A DNA stretch of 64,000 bases from positions 10,025-74,024 of the forward strand of contig CAWCJC010000010.1 of NCBI GenBank assembly GCA_963795835.1. The letters are read 5' to 3'. Below are positions 53,443 to 64,000 of this stretch, one piece after another. Source of the stretch: Bryobacterales bacterium (GTDB taxonomy: Bacteria > Acidobacteriota > Terriglobia > Bryobacterales > Bryobacteraceae). The notes under the pieces are model-generated. The model ran no database searches. It saw nothing but the letters and a program-made list of their open reading frames with translations, and was not told the origin of the DNA. The first letter of the stretch is position 1. The number at the start of each line of letters is the position of its first letter. The position numbers and the translations under genes are program-made.

Positions 53443-54411
53443 ATGCCCTTTCCCATTCATCGTCCGCGAAGGTTGCGCGCGTCTTTGCAGATGCGAGCAC
53501 TGGTGCGGGAGACGCACCTGGAACCTTCGCAAATGGTGTTGCCGCTTTTTGTATGCCCGGGCGAGGGCTTGAAGCGCGAGATCGGCAGCATGCCGGGGAA
53601 TTACCAGATGTCGGTTGACCACTTGGTGCGCGAGTGCGAAGAGGTGCAAGCGCTCGGTTTAGGCGGCATCATCCTCTTCGGGCTCCCGGAATCGAAAGAC
53701 GAGTTAGCCTCGGGCGCTTATGCCGATGACGGAATAGTGCAGCGCGCGGTACGCGCCGTAAAAGCCGCAATCCCCAATCTGCTGGTGATGACAGACGTTT
53801 GCAACTGCGAATACACGAACCATGGTCATTGCGGGCTGGTGGTGGGCGAGGAAGTGGATAATGACGCGACGCTCGAGTGGCTGTCGCGCGCGGCGGTAAG
53901 TCATGCGAAAGCAGGCGCCGACGTTGTGGCTCCCTCCGATATGATGGACGGCCGCGTAGGGGCAATTCGAACCGCGCTCGATGCGGCAGGTTATTCCCAT
54001 ACGCCGATCCTTAGCTATGCTGCGAAATTTGCGTCCGTATTCTACGGGCCCTTTCGCGAGGCGGCGGATTCGGCCCCGCAGTTTGGCGACCGCCGAAGTT
54101 ACCAGATGGATCCGGCCAATGCGCGGGAGGCGATGCGCGAGATCGAACTCGACCTGGAGGAAGGCGCGGACATGATCATGGTGAAGCCCGCGATGCCCTA
54201 TTTGGATCTGATTCGCGAAGCCCGCGTGCGGTTCGAGGTGCCCCTTGCGGCGTACCAGGTAAGCGGCGAATTTTCGATGATCGTGGCGGCGGCGGAGCGG
54301 GGGTGGATTGACTATGACCGTGCGGTGCTCGAAAGCTTGACCAGCATCCGTCGGGCGGGGGCGGATTTCGTCCTGACATACTTCGCCAAGGCTGCGGCCC
54401 GGCTTCTATGA
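53443..54411 (+). CDS. hemB: Porphobilinogen synthase (delta-aminolevulinate dehydratase), zinc type
   Basis: RPRRLR N-terminus, Cys-rich Zn site ([14 protein letters not shown]), active-site Lys contexts ([20 protein letters not shown]). Confidence 0.95.
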   Translation: MPFPIHRPRRLRASLQMRALVRETHLEPSQMVLPLFVCPGEGLKREIGSMPGNYQMSVDHLVRECEEVQALGLGGIILFGLPESKDELASGAYADDGIVQRAVRAVKAAIPNLLVMTDVCNCEYTNHGHCGLVVGEEVDNDATLEWLSRAAVSHAKAGADVVAPSDMMDGRVGAIRTALDAAGYSHTPILSYAAKFASVFYGPFREAADSAPQFGDRRSYQMDPANAREAMREIELDLEEGADMIMVKPAMPYLDLIREARVRFEVPLAAYQVSGEFSMIVAAAERGWIDYDRAVLESLTSIRRAGADFVLTYFAKAAARLL

Positions 54412-55355
54412 AGGCTTTAGGCGCCGCTGTGCTGTTCGTGGCGGGCCTGGTCGCTCTTACATTTTGGGGAATGCGGCCGCAAGTAAAGACGGCGCTTCCC
54501 ACCGTCAATGAAGTCCCGAAGTCCACAGTTCCGGCCGAGGTGACCTATCCATGCCGCATCGTACCGCGCGAGAGCGTGTGGGCGAGCACGCAGGTAACAG
54601 GTCCCCTGGAAGCGGTGCTGGTGGATGTGGGGCAGATGGTGACGGATGGTCAGGTGCTGGCGCGAGTGAAATCAGGCGCGGCGGCGCCAGGGTTGGCAGC
54701 CATGGAAAAGAACGCGGCTGACGATCACGTCCGCCAGGTTACCGTACGGTTCAACGCGACGCGGGCCGAGGCAAAGCGTTGGCAAGCCGAAGTGTTGCGG
54801 ACCCGGGCCGCCATGGCGCGGGCTGAGCCGGTGTTTCGCAAGCAGGAGCTGCTCAATCAGGCGGGCGCGACTCCTCGGTTGGTCTTCGAAAATGCACGCG
54901 CCGAGTATGAGCGCGCGGCGCGTGAGTTGACTGCCGCGGAAGAAGCCTCGCGAGTGGCGGACAACGCGGCAGCACGCGCGGCAGATGAGTTAGCAGCCGC
55001 GCAGGCGATGTCGAAAGAGAAAGCGAGGGCCGCGGTGGAAGCGGTTGCGGGAATGGATACTGCGGAAATTCATGCGCCCGCGGCGGGGTTAGTGGTGGAG
55101 CGAAGGGTCCAGGTAGGGCAGGCAATCACAGAGGGGAATCGCGCGGAGTTGTTTCGGATTGCTCTCCACCCGGAACTGTTGCGCGCGGTGTTCGACAAAT
55201 CCGCCGAACTGCGCGCCGGTCAGCCAGTTGCCATTCGATCAGGCGGCGTAGAAATCCGCGCGGTGGTGGGGCAGGGAAGTGGAGCGGATTTCGAGAGCCG
55301 CCTCGGGGCGGTGACCGCGGGTGGGGAGTGCGTGGGGGTGGTGCGGGTAAACTGA
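54408..55355 (+). CDS. HlyD/membrane-fusion-like protein (TM anchor, lipoyl-like halves, coiled coil)
   Basis: N-terminal TM helix, [13 protein letters not shown] and [20 protein letters not shown] half-barrel motifs separated by an Ala/Glu/Arg-rich coiled coil. ATGA overlap with hemB. No cognate transporter is adjacent. Confidence 0.5.
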   Translation: MKALGAAVLFVAGLVALTFWGMRPQVKTALPTVNEVPKSTVPAEVTYPCRIVPRESVWASTQVTGPLEAVLVDVGQMVTDGQVLARVKSGAAAPGLAAMEKNAADDHVRQVTVRFNATRAEAKRWQAEVLRTRAAMARAEPVFRKQELLNQAGATPRLVFENARAEYERAARELTAAEEASRVADNAAARAADELAAAQAMSKEKARAAVEAVAGMDTAEIHAPAAGLVVERRVQVGQAITEGNRAELFRIALHPELLRAVFDKSAELRAGQPVAIRSGGVEIRAVVGQGSGADFESRLGAVTAGGECVGVVRVN

Positions 55356-55718
55356 AGTTATGTTGAGCGAAGCTCAAGATCAAGCGAGTTTGGGAAGGGA
55401 TGCTTGAATCGGAAGTTCGTGCGAACTACTTTGCCGACCTTTCCAGTCGGGAGAAGTATGTGGTTGAGCAGCATGGATTCGTTTTGGCGTGAGTAGTCAG
55501 CCGAAAGAGTTAAAAAGTTGCCGCCAATGCCGCGGCCTTTACCTCCGCCTCCGAATCCGCCGCCTCCTCCGAAAAAGTAGGTACGAGCCTTACAGCAGCT
55601 GTTAGAGAATCTCCGAACGCTCCCCCCAGCACGATCGCAGGAATCAACGCGAGTCCGCTTGAGGGACCCGCGGAGCAATTTCTGATACAACTGCATACAA
55701 ACTACCTAATCTTCCTTT

Positions 55719-58700
55719 ATGAAACTGATATCCTTCGTCCTCCTCCTCACCGCCACTGCCCTGGCCCAACTCCCCACAGCCCAAGTCACCGGCCTGATCA
55801 CAGACGCCTCAGGCGCCGCCATCCCCGCCGCCGAGGTCGATCTCTTCAATCCCGCCACCGGCCTTCACACCCGCACGGCCACCAACTCTGACGGCAACTA
55901 CGTCTTTCCGGTCGTTCAGCCCGCCACATACCAGATCACCGCCTCGAAAAATGGCTTCGGCACGTCCACCCGCCGGGGTGTCGAACTCGTCGTCAGCCAG
56001 GTCGCCCGCGTCGACTTCCAACTTACCGTGGGCACAGCCGCGCAGACCATCGACGTCACCGGCGCGCCACCTATTCTGGAAAGCTCCACTGCGTCCCTCG
56101 GCCAGATCATCGAAACCAAACAGGTGGAAGACTTGCCCCTTAACGGCCGCAACTTTCTCGGACTCGCCAAACTCTCCACCGGCGTCCTGCCTCCCAAGCC
56201 CGGAGACCGCGGTTCCAAGGGCGGCTCCTTCACAGCCAACGGAGTCCGCGCCCAGCTCAACAATTTCCAACTCGATGGCGTGGATAATAACGGCAAGATT
56301 GTCGATCAGCAGAACAGCTCGCCCGTCGCCATTCAGCCCTCCATCGACGCGCTCCAGGAGTTTAAGATCGAAACCAACAACTATTCCGCGCAATACGGCT
56401 ACTCCGCCGGCGCCGTCGTCAACGCAACCATCAAGTCTGGCGGCAACCGCTTCCATGGCGACGTCTTCGAATTTCTCCGCAACGATGTTTTTGACGCGCG
56501 CGATTACTTTACCAGTCCGGCCGCCAAAAAGCCGGTTCTGCAGCGCAGCCAATACGGGGGAGTCCTGGGCGGCCCGGTCATCCGCAATAACACGTTCTTC
56601 TTCGTGAGTTATGAAGGAACCAGCCAGAATCTGGGAGAGACTCTCACCACCAACGTCCCCACAGCGGCGCAACGCAACGGTAACTTCGCGGGCTTGAACA
56701 CGATTTACGATCCTGCCACGCTTTCTCAAACTTCTACCGGTGCATTCACAAGAACCGCCTTCCCCGGCAACCTGATTCCCGCAAGCCGCTTCGATCCCCT
56801 CTCCGCCAAATTGCTCGCTCTCGAGCCCTTCGCCAATACCAGCCAGCCCGGATATAACTACGTCGTTAACCCCGTCCAAACGGATCGTGCGAATCGCGTT
56901 GACTCTCGCGGTGACAAACACATCTCCGATAAGGACCAACTCTTCGCCCGCTACAGCTACTTCACCGATACTGCCGTGAACCCGACGCTTTTCGCGGCCC
57001 CGCTCGCCGGCGGAAATTCCTCGCAGCAAGCGAACGTCCTGAATTCTGGACACGGTGTAGCTCTGGGTGAAACGCACATCTTTGGAGCCTCCCTCGTCAA
57101 CGAATTCCGCGCTGGATTTAACCGCCTGAACTCCACGCTTTCCCCCTTTGGAACCGGCGTCACGCCCCAAAGCTTCGGGTTCCTCGGCATCCCGAATCAG
57201 GCGGGAATCGTAGGCCTGCCCAACATCAGCATCTCCGGCTTCTCCAACCTGGGCGAAAACACTTCCCTGCCGAACGGAAAGATCTCCGAAGCTCTTACGT
57301 TCGAAGATCACGTCTCCTGGATCAAGGGCAATCACACACTCACCATCGGCGGCAATTACCGTTGGGTGCGAAGTTACTTCGACGCTTCGAACTCCGCCCG
57401 CGGCTCCTTCAGTTTCTCGGGTGCGTTCACCAATAACCCCTCGGCCGCCGCGAATACAGGGTCCGGCTTCGCCGATTTCCTTCTCGGCATTCCCGCAAGC
57501 TCCGTGATCAGCAACCTCCTCATCGGCGACCTTAGATATAAGTACGGCGGCTTCTTCTTTCAGGACGATTGGAAAGTTACTCCGAAACTCACGGTAAATC
57601 TCGGCCTTCGTTATGAGATCTGGAGCCAACCCATCGAGCGCAATAATCAACAGGCAAATTTTCTCCTGGATCAAAGAAAGCTGGTCTACGCCAGCAGCCG
57701 GGATCGATCTCTGTTAGTTACGGACACCAACAATCTCGCCCCCCGCCTGGGTATTGCCTATCAGGTCAGGCCCTCTACCGTCATCCGAGCCGGCTTCGGC
57801 ACCTTCTTTGCCGACGACCCCTTTATCGGCGCATCCAGCCGGCTTCCCGCTAACCCGCCTTTCGGTGTCCAAAATAGCTTCACCACGGACAATGTTCATC
57901 CAACGGTAACTCTCAGTGGAGGCTTTCCCGCTGACTCGTTGACGGGACCGGTCAATCCCGCCACGGTCACACTGTCCGCCTTCAATCCCGATTTCAAGCA
58001 AGGCTACGTGTACCACTGGAGCGGCGGTATCCAACAACAATTCAAGGGCTACGTATTCGAAGCAAACTATGTGGGAACAAAGGGCACCCAGTTGCCCCTC
58101 ACTTACAACGTCAATCAGGCCATCGCCGGAGGCACTTCGGTTGCTGCCCGCCGCCCTTTTCCGGGATTTAACAACATCACTTATACGACCCCAATGGACG
58201 ACACAAGTTACAACGGCCTGGAAGCCCGGGTTGAACACCGCTACGCCTCACGCTTTTCCCTTCTCGGCAGTTACACCTTCAGCAAGACGCTCGATATCGG
58301 GGGAGAACAGCTGATCGGCGACCTCAACTTGCGCGACGTGAACAATGTGAAAGCCGAACACGCGCTCTCCACGCAGGATGTTCGCCACAGCTTTGTCGCC
58401 GCCGGCACTTACGATCTTCCAAAGGTGCGTTTTATTGGAAAATGGCAGATTAACTCGATCTTCTCTTTGCGAACGGGCCAGCCCTTCACGCCGCAGCTGG
58501 GAGTCAGTTCCGCAAATACAGGTAACGCCAGGCCGAATCGGATCGCGAACGGCAACAATCAGCACTTGGTTACGAATTGGTTTGACAAAACGGCCTTTGC
58601 GGTGCCGCCGCAATATCAATATGGCAATGCCGGCCGCGACATCCTGACCGGTCCCGGCGCGGTAAATCTGGATTTCAGTCTGTTCAAGCGTTTCCCGGTC

Positions 58701-58874
58701 CGCAAGTTGGGCGAATCGGGAGAAGTCCAGTTCCGCGGAGAACTTTTCAACTCTCTGAACCATCCTCAATTTGGCCAGCCGAACGCAAGGATAGACCTGC
58801 CCCAGGGTGGTACCATCTCCGGACTCTCCACCAACATGCGGCAGGTCCAATTTGTGATCAAGGTCCTCTTCTAA
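55719..58874 (+). CDS. TonB-dependent receptor with carboxypeptidase-regulatory-like domain (receptor 3)
   Basis: 1051-aa intact ORF with signal peptide (LISFVLLLTATALAQ). CarboxypepD_reg region (VTGLITDASGAAIPAAEVDLFNP...ATYQITASKNGF). Terminus is MRQVQFVIKVLF. Confidence 0.85.
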   Translation: MKLISFVLLLTATALAQLPTAQVTGLITDASGAAIPAAEVDLFNPATGLHTRTATNSDGNYVFPVVQPATYQITASKNGFGTSTRRGVELVVSQVARVDFQLTVGTAAQTIDVTGAPPILESSTASLGQIIETKQVEDLPLNGRNFLGLAKLSTGVLPPKPGDRGSKGGSFTANGVRAQLNNFQLDGVDNNGKIVDQQNSSPVAIQPSIDALQEFKIETNNYSAQYGYSAGAVVNATIKSGGNRFHGDVFEFLRNDVFDARDYFTSPAAKKPVLQRSQYGGVLGGPVIRNNTFFFVSYEGTSQNLGETLTTNVPTAAQRNGNFAGLNTIYDPATLSQTSTGAFTRTAFPGNLIPASRFDPLSAKLLALEPFANTSQPGYNYVVNPVQTDRANRVDSRGDKHISDKDQLFARYSYFTDTAVNPTLFAAPLAGGNSSQQANVLNSGHGVALGETHIFGASLVNEFRAGFNRLNSTLSPFGTGVTPQSFGFLGIPNQAGIVGLPNISISGFSNLGENTSLPNGKISEALTFEDHVSWIKGNHTLTIGGNYRWVRSYFDASNSARGSFSFSGAFTNNPSAAANTGSGFADFLLGIPASSVISNLLIGDLRYKYGGFFFQDDWKVTPKLTVNLGLRYEIWSQPIERNNQQANFLLDQRKLVYASSRDRSLLVTDTNNLAPRLGIAYQVRPSTVIRAGFGTFFADDPFIGASSRLPANPPFGVQNSFTTDNVHPTVTLSGGFPADSLTGPVNPATVTLSAFNPDFKQGYVYHWSGGIQQQFKGYVFEANYVGTKGTQLPLTYNVNQAIAGGTSVAARRPFPGFNNITYTTPMDDTSYNGLEARVEHRYASRFSLLGSYTFSKTLDIGGEQLIGDLNLRDVNNVKAEHALSTQDVRHSFVAAGTYDLPKVRFIGKWQINSIFSLRTGQPFTPQLGVSSANTGNARPNRIANGNNQHLVTNWFDKTAFAVPPQYQYGNAGRDILTGPGAVNLDFSLFKRFPVRKLGESGEVQFRGELFNSLNHPQFGQPNARIDLPQGGTISGLSTNMRQVQFVIKVLF

Positions 58875-59002
58875 TTCGGGGCAGGCAAGATGCAGCGCGT
58901 CCTCTTATCAACCGTATTGGAAAGCAATTGCGCCATCCTCCTGGGGAAGAGCCGATCCCATCTCTGGCCGCAGCGTTTTCCATGCGTGGCGGTTCTTCGC
59001 TG

Positions 59003-59680
59003 ATGCAAGTCCTGCTGGCCGAAGATGAGCGCCGCATGGCGGAGTTGCTCCGGGCCGCGCTTGAAGAGGAAGGCTATCGCACCAGCGTGGTGTGGGACGG
59101 CCGCGCCGCGCTGGAACTGGCCCGCATTCACTGCTTCAGTTTGATCGTTCTTGACGTGATGTTGCCCCTGATGGACGGCTTTACTGTCGCCCGCGAACTC
59201 CGCAAATCCGGTAATCGCAGCCCGATTCTGATGCTCACTGCCCGCGATGAAGATCGAGACGCCATCGCCGGCCTTGATGCCGGAGCGGATGACTACGTCA
59301 CCAAGCCTTTCTCGCTCGACGTTCTCCTCGCCCGCGTGCGAGCCGTCAGCCGGCGCGGCCATATCCCTCAAGGCGTTCAGATGCGAGTCGCCGATCTTTC
59401 GCTCGATACCGCTACCCGCGATGTTACCCGCGCCGGGCACGCCATCCGCCTCACTCCGCGTGAGTACAGCCTCCTCACTCTGCTGCTCCGCAATAAGGAC
59501 AAAGTCGTCACGCGCGACACCATCCTCGATGAAGTCTGGGGCCACCAGGCCGATGTGGATTCGAACACGATCGAAGCCTTTATTCGGCTTCTTCGAGCCA
59601 AGCTGGAACAGCCGCCCGCCGCGAAGTTGATCTTCACCGTCCGCGGGGTCGGCTACTCTCTGCGGGAACCCGCGGCATGA
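59003..59680 (+). CDS. OmpR/PhoB-family response regulator (RR3)
   Basis: REC domain (MQVLLAEDE...DVMLPLMDG) plus winged-helix output (LTPREYSLLTLLLRNKDKVVTRDTILDEVWG). Confidence 0.9.
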   Translation: MQVLLAEDERRMAELLRAALEEEGYRTSVVWDGRAALELARIHCFSLIVLDVMLPLMDGFTVARELRKSGNRSPILMLTARDEDRDAIAGLDAGADDYVTKPFSLDVLLARVRAVSRRGHIPQGVQMRVADLSLDTATRDVTRAGHAIRLTPREYSLLTLLLRNKDKVVTRDTILDEVWGHQADVDSNTIEAFIRLLRAKLEQPPAAKLIFTVRGVGYSLREPAA

Positions 59681-60988
59681 TTCCCTCCATCCGCTTCCGC
59701 CTCATGATTTGGTACAGCGCGGTGCTCTTCGGAAGCCTGTGCATCTTCGGCCTGACGATCTGGATTCTCTTGTCGCGCAGCCTTCATGCCGATCTCGAGC
59801 GCTCGCTCGAAAAGCAGGCCCACGGCATGGAACGTTATCTTGCCCTGGAAGCTTCGGACAGCCTGACCACCCTGGCTCACGAGATGGAAGAGTTCCGCCG
59901 CTCACTTCCTCCGGACACTCTGGTGCACGTCGAAGACGCCCAACATCGCGTGCTCGCCGCCTCCCGCAACTTTTCGCCTCAGTCCATCCCCGCTGGTTAC
60001 CATGCCTTTCGCGACACTTTCGAAGAGAACGGCAGGAGTTACACCGTGACTTTGGCCGCGCCCTCTGCGCCTGTAGACGACATGCTGAACCGGCTGCGCT
60101 GGCTTCTGATCGCCGCAGTCCCCGGCTTGGTACTCGCCGCCGCTGCGGGAGGCTTCTGGATGAGCTCTCGCGCGCTTGAACCCATTGCGCACATGACCGC
60201 TACCGTCTGCGCCATTGATTTCCAAAATCTCTCCGCGCGCCTGGAAGTCCCCCACACCGGAGACGAAATTGAGCGCCTCGCCGTAACCTGGAATGCCATG
60301 CTGCAGCGCATCGAAAGCTCAGCTACCCGCGTCAGCCGCTTTACCGCCGATGCCTCGCACGAACTGCGCACGCCGCTTTCGCTTATCAAGACCTCAGTCG
60401 ATCTCGCCCTCAGAAGGCCCCGCGATGCCGCCGAATACCAACAGACTTTGCGCACCATCGGTTCCGAAACCGACCGCATGACACGCCTGGTGGAAAGTCT
60501 CCTCTTTCTTGCGCGGACTGATTCCGAAGCTTCTCCGCGGGTTCAGAATTCGGTTGATCTCTCCGTAACCGCGCAAGCCGCCGCGCTTGCCATTATGCCC
60601 AAAGCCGCGGCGAAAAACGTCACAGTCGACGTCCAGCCCGCAACCGAAACGTCCACTCTTACGGGTGATGAGGACGCTATTTGCCGCTTAGCTCGTCGTA
60701 CTGCTCGATAATGCGGTGAAGTACTCCCCACAAGGGGGCACCGTTCAGGTCTCGTGCGAGAAAGGCGCTCTGCGGATTCACGACACCGGTGAAGGCATCG
60801 CGCCCGAATTTCAGGAACGCATTTTCGATCGCTTCTTCCGGGCCGATCCCGCCCGCTCGGGAGACGGATCCAGCTATGGCTTAGGGTTGGCCATTGCCCA
60901 AGCTGTGGCGCGCCAGCACAATGCGTCCATTCACGTCGACTCCAGCCCCGGCGATACTACTTTCTCCGTCTTGTTTCCGGCTGCTTAA
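59677..60988 (+). pseudogene. HAMP/HisKA sensor histidine kinase (HK3), one surplus base near 60688-60691 as sequenced
   Basis: Two TM helices, HAMP, H-box (FTADASHELRTPLS). The frame changes at ...GDEDAICRL|LVVLLDNAVKYSPQGG..., followed by DTGEGI and GLGLAIA. Span minus 1 nt equals 437 codons. ATGA overlap with RR3. Confidence 0.8.
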
Positions 60989-61989
60989 GCCTTCCCAAGA
61001 ACCAGCACCGTGAAGCTGCCCGGCTTCATTTTGCGTTGCGCTTTCTTGCCGTCTGCCGCCGGAATCATCTCCACATCGGCAGCCGGCATATAAATCTTCA
61101 TGCGTTTCTGGTCCAGCGCCATCGTGCGCGCGCTGGCCTGCGTCTTCACTGCAATCGGCGCGTCGTACTCGTCCGCGGATTTCTGGTGAATCACGCTCAG
61201 CGTGCCTTCTCCGTTCGATGTCAGAACATTCCGCCCGTCCGTATCGAACTCCGCCCAATCCACGCTTGCGCCGATGGGGAACGATGCAACCTTCTTTCCG
61301 TTCGACGAGTTCATTACCACCAACATCTTGTTGTGGCAGGCTGAAAAGATGCGAGCATTCTTGACGTCCATCGCCAATCCGGTTGGACCTTCGCAGCCCA
61401 CAATCGGAAAGCGGTGCTTCACTTCCAGCGTTTTTGGATCGAACACCAGAACCGCCGCCTTGTCTTCCAGGTTGACGTAGATCAACCCGTCGGGCCCGAT
61501 GACCGCCTGCTCTCCGTCGCCATCGGCCTTCACTGTGCCAACTACCTTCCCGCTCTTCGCATCAATCGCGGTGATGTCATGCGTTCCATGATTATTCGTG
61601 AACACGCGCCCGGAAGCCGCGTCGAAGTAAATGCCGTCCGGCTCTTCACCGACCGCGATCTTGCCCGTCACTTTGAGCGTGTCGAGATCGAACACGGAAA
61701 CCTTGCTCTCTTTTCCATTGCTGGTGTAGCCCCGCTTCAATCCGTTGGCGATGGCGATACCATGCACGCCCGGTGTATCCGGAATGGATCCGATTACCTT
61801 CCCATCCGCGGCGCTGAGTACCTCCACGCGAGTTGCATGCGAAAGATAAAGCCGCTGATTCGCGGCATCCAGGGTGACGTAATCCCACCCACCGTTGCCG
61901 GGCGCGGGGAAACGCGTCTCAATTTTGTAGGGGTCAGCTGCCGAGGCAAGCGAGGCAGCAAGAAAGCCGATTGTCGTTAGTTTATTCAT
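60985..61989 (-). CDS. YncE-like (YVTN-type) periplasmic beta-propeller protein
   Basis: Starts at MNKLTTIGFLAASLASA (signal peptide). GGWDYVTLD motif and repeated propeller blades. ATGA overlap with the RND gene stop. Its stop overlaps the HK3 stop (TTAA). Confidence 0.7.
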   Translation of the reverse strand: MNKLTTIGFLAASLASAADPYKIETRFPAPGNGGWDYVTLDAANQRLYLSHATRVEVLSAADGKVIGSIPDTPGVHGIAIANGLKRGYTSNGKESKVSVFDLDTLKVTGKIAVGEEPDGIYFDAASGRVFTNNHGTHDITAIDAKSGKVVGTVKADGDGEQAVIGPDGLIYVNLEDKAAVLVFDPKTLEVKHRFPIVGCEGPTGLAMDVKNARIFSACHNKMLVVMNSSNGKKVASFPIGASVDWAEFDTDGRNVLTSNGEGTLSVIHQKSADEYDAPIAVKTQASARTMALDQKRMKIYMPAADVEMIPAADGKKAQRKMKPGSFTVLVLGKA

Positions 61990-64000
61990 CGTGTCCTCAG
62001 AAAATAGTTTGCCGTTGGCGTAATGATCAGCGAGATCACCATTGAGGCCGCAATGCCCCCGATCACCGCGATTGCGAGCGGCTGCAGCATCTGCGAGCCC
62101 GCGCCGATCGCCAGTGAAAGAGGAATCATGCCGGCGACCGTGGCGAGCGCGGTCATGATGATCGGCCGGAGCCGCCGCTCGCCCGCCTGAACCAAAGCTT
62201 CGGCCGGCGCGTAACCTTCGTTGCGAAATTTCTGGTCCGCGTCCAGAAGCAAAATGCCATTCTTTGCCACGATTCCGATCACCATAATCAGTCCCATGAA
62301 CGAAGAGATGTTGAACGTTGTATGCGTAATCCAAAGCGCCAGGAACACGCCCGAAGTGGACAAAATGGTCGACGTCACAATCGCCACCGGGGCCGCAAAA
62401 TCCCGAAACTCAATCAGCAGCACCGCGAAGACCAGCACCACCGCCAAGGCCAGCACCAGCAGCAGATCCTTGAAGCTCCGTTGCTGCTCCTGATACGTCC
62501 CGCCATACTCCAGCCGGATCGAAGAAGGGACGCCCATCTGTGCGACCTGAGCTTGTACGCGTTTGACTCCCTCGCCTAAACTGATGCCCTCAAGCCGCCC
62601 CGTCACCGCAATATCGCGCTGCAGATTCTCGCGCCGTATTTCGCTCTGTCCGGATTCATTTCTCACGGTGGTTAAGCTTCCTAAAGTCGCGGTCCTGCCC
62701 GTCGAACTCACCAAGAAGTGTGTTTTGAATCGCGTCGAGGCTCTTGTTCTGCTCAGCCGGAAATCGCACGCGCAACGTATATGAGCGTCCATTCAGAATC
62801 AAAGGCTGCTGCGCAGGCTCGCCCTGAAAAATCGCACTGGCATCCAACTCCAGCTCCTGCGTCGTAAAACCCGAACGTGCCGCCGCTGTCTGATCGATGT
62901 CGAAGACCACTGCCGACCCGCTTACCGTATTCTCAATCCCGTTCTTCACATCCTTGATTCCCGGTAACGCCTTGATGGCCGCGCCGATCTTCGGCCCCCA
63001 CTGTTTCAGCAAATCTGCATTTGGCGAGAACAGTTTAATTTCGATCGGATCGGGTGAACTGGAAAGGTCGCCGATCTGGTCCTGCAGAACTTGAATGAAA
63101 TCGGTATCGAGCGTTGGATACTTGCTGTTCACCTTCGCTCGCACGTCCGCAATCACCTCATCTCCGGAACGCTTGCGGTCGCGTTTCAACCGAACACTGA
63201 TGTCTCCGCTGTTCGCTTCCGTGATCACCGCCAAGCCAAGCTGTAGACCCGTGCGCCGCGATGTGGATTCCACTTCGGGAACTTCTTTCACCAGCTTCTC
63301 CACGCCGGTGATCACTCGATTCGTATCGGCCAGTGAGGAACCGGCCGGCATCAGATAATCCAGAATGAAGCCGCCCTCATCCATGCCCGGCAACAGATCC
63401 GTTCCCAAACCGCGGAAACAAAGGTAAGAGCCCGCGATCAGCACCAAGGAAAACACAACCAGCAAAGCAGGGAAGGCCATCGCCCGGCGGATCACCCACT
63501 CATATCCGCGCCCAATCCGGCCCATGAAGCCGCTCTTGTGGTCATGGTCCGCGGGTTTCCCAGGTTTCTGCCGCAGCAGAACATGTGAGAGCGCCGGCGT
63601 CCACGTCAGTGCCAGTGCCAAGGATGTTAACAACGAAACACCCACGGTAATTGCCAGCGCGCGGAAGAAGGTGCCTGTAACGCCCGTAATGCTGATTAGC
63701 GGCAGGAACACGACAATCGGCGTGAAGGTGGAACCCAACAGAGGAACGCGAATCTCGCTTAACGCCATGCGGATCGCTTCGCCGCGCGATTGTCCCGCGT
63801 CGCGATGGAGAACGATGTTTTCCACCACGACGATTGCGTCATCAATGACCAGTCCGACGGCCGCGGCAAGACCGCCCAGCGTCATCAGATTGAAGCTCTC
63901 TCCCAGAGCCCGCAGGGCAATAAATGTAATGGCAATGGTCGCCGGAATTACCATTCCCGCCACCAGAGAACTGCCCCAGTCCCTGAGAAACAGCACAAGA
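61986..64000 (-). pseudogene. RND efflux permease (CusA/CzcA-like), 5' end outside the window, one surplus base near 62711-62715 as sequenced
   Basis: Typical RND blocks (VIDDAIVVVENI, TFFRALAITV, IMVIGIVAKNGILLLD). ORFs 62656-63996 and 61986-62792 join as ...SLDAIQNTLL|VSSTGRTATLGSLTTV... Assignment to the heavy-metal subfamily is tentative. Confidence 0.8.

Noticed and set aside
55358-55696. 112-aa Gly-rich ORF (..FFGGGGGFGGGGKGRGIGG..) on the minus strand
   Set aside because: Its start would be only 22 bp from the divergent start of TonB receptor 3. It has no signal peptide or family match. A signal-like segment appears only in another frame. I cannot support it as a gene, so I treat the 360-nt gap as the receptor leader/promoter.
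55809-57674. 621-aa ORF on the minus strand
   Set aside because: It lies entirely antisense to the well-supported TonB receptor 3. Its composition is low-complexity Gly/Ala/Arg/Val, typical of shadow frames in GC-rich coding DNA, and it has no motifs.

Overview
Moderately GC-rich bacterial chromosomal segment. The gene content looks Acidobacteriota-like, which is an inference from three very large TonB-dependent receptors with carboxypeptidase-regulatory-like N-termini, an alternative complex III operon joined to a caa3 oxidase operon, and many two-component systems. I call about 55 genes. Housekeeping anchors are serS and hemB. The main blocks are: (i) TonB receptor 1, an AT-rich IS relic, a VOC protein, a LigD-type ligase and a PmoA-family protein; (ii) GH1-like, SDR and GMC oxidoreductase genes; (iii) an envelope block with an OmpA/Pal-like lipoprotein, a small secreted protein, an HK-RR pair, htrA, and a second paralogous RR-HK pair; (iv) a Crp/Fnr regulator next to actABCDEF plus one extra ORF plus ctaCDEF; (v) MscS/DUF membrane genes, a CAX antiporter, TonB receptor 2, a GT1 transferase, a BNR-repeat protein, a ClC channel, a TPR protein and a PAS hybrid kinase; (vi) TonB receptor 3, an OmpR-type TCS, a YncE-like propeller and an RND pump that runs off the window end. 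By eye I found no rRNA, tRNA or CRISPR array, and no convincing new multi-gene system of the defence, toxin or RT type. The most unusual signals are listed here. At least eight conserved genes are each broken by one surplus base, always in the +1 direction. A 0.6-kb AT-rich IS1-like relic carries three copies of its terminal repeat. Two paralogous NarL-type TCS sit in mirror arrangement around htrA, and one kinase is decayed. Candidate operator repeats lie upstream of htrA, and a perfect CRP-type palindrome lies between the Crp-family gene and the respiratory operon. A highly structured intergenic region sits at 19.5-19.8 kb. An extra translationally coupled ORF lies between actF and ctaC. A large BNR-repeat gene carries an in-frame TGA. 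All coordinates at frameshift junctions are approximate.
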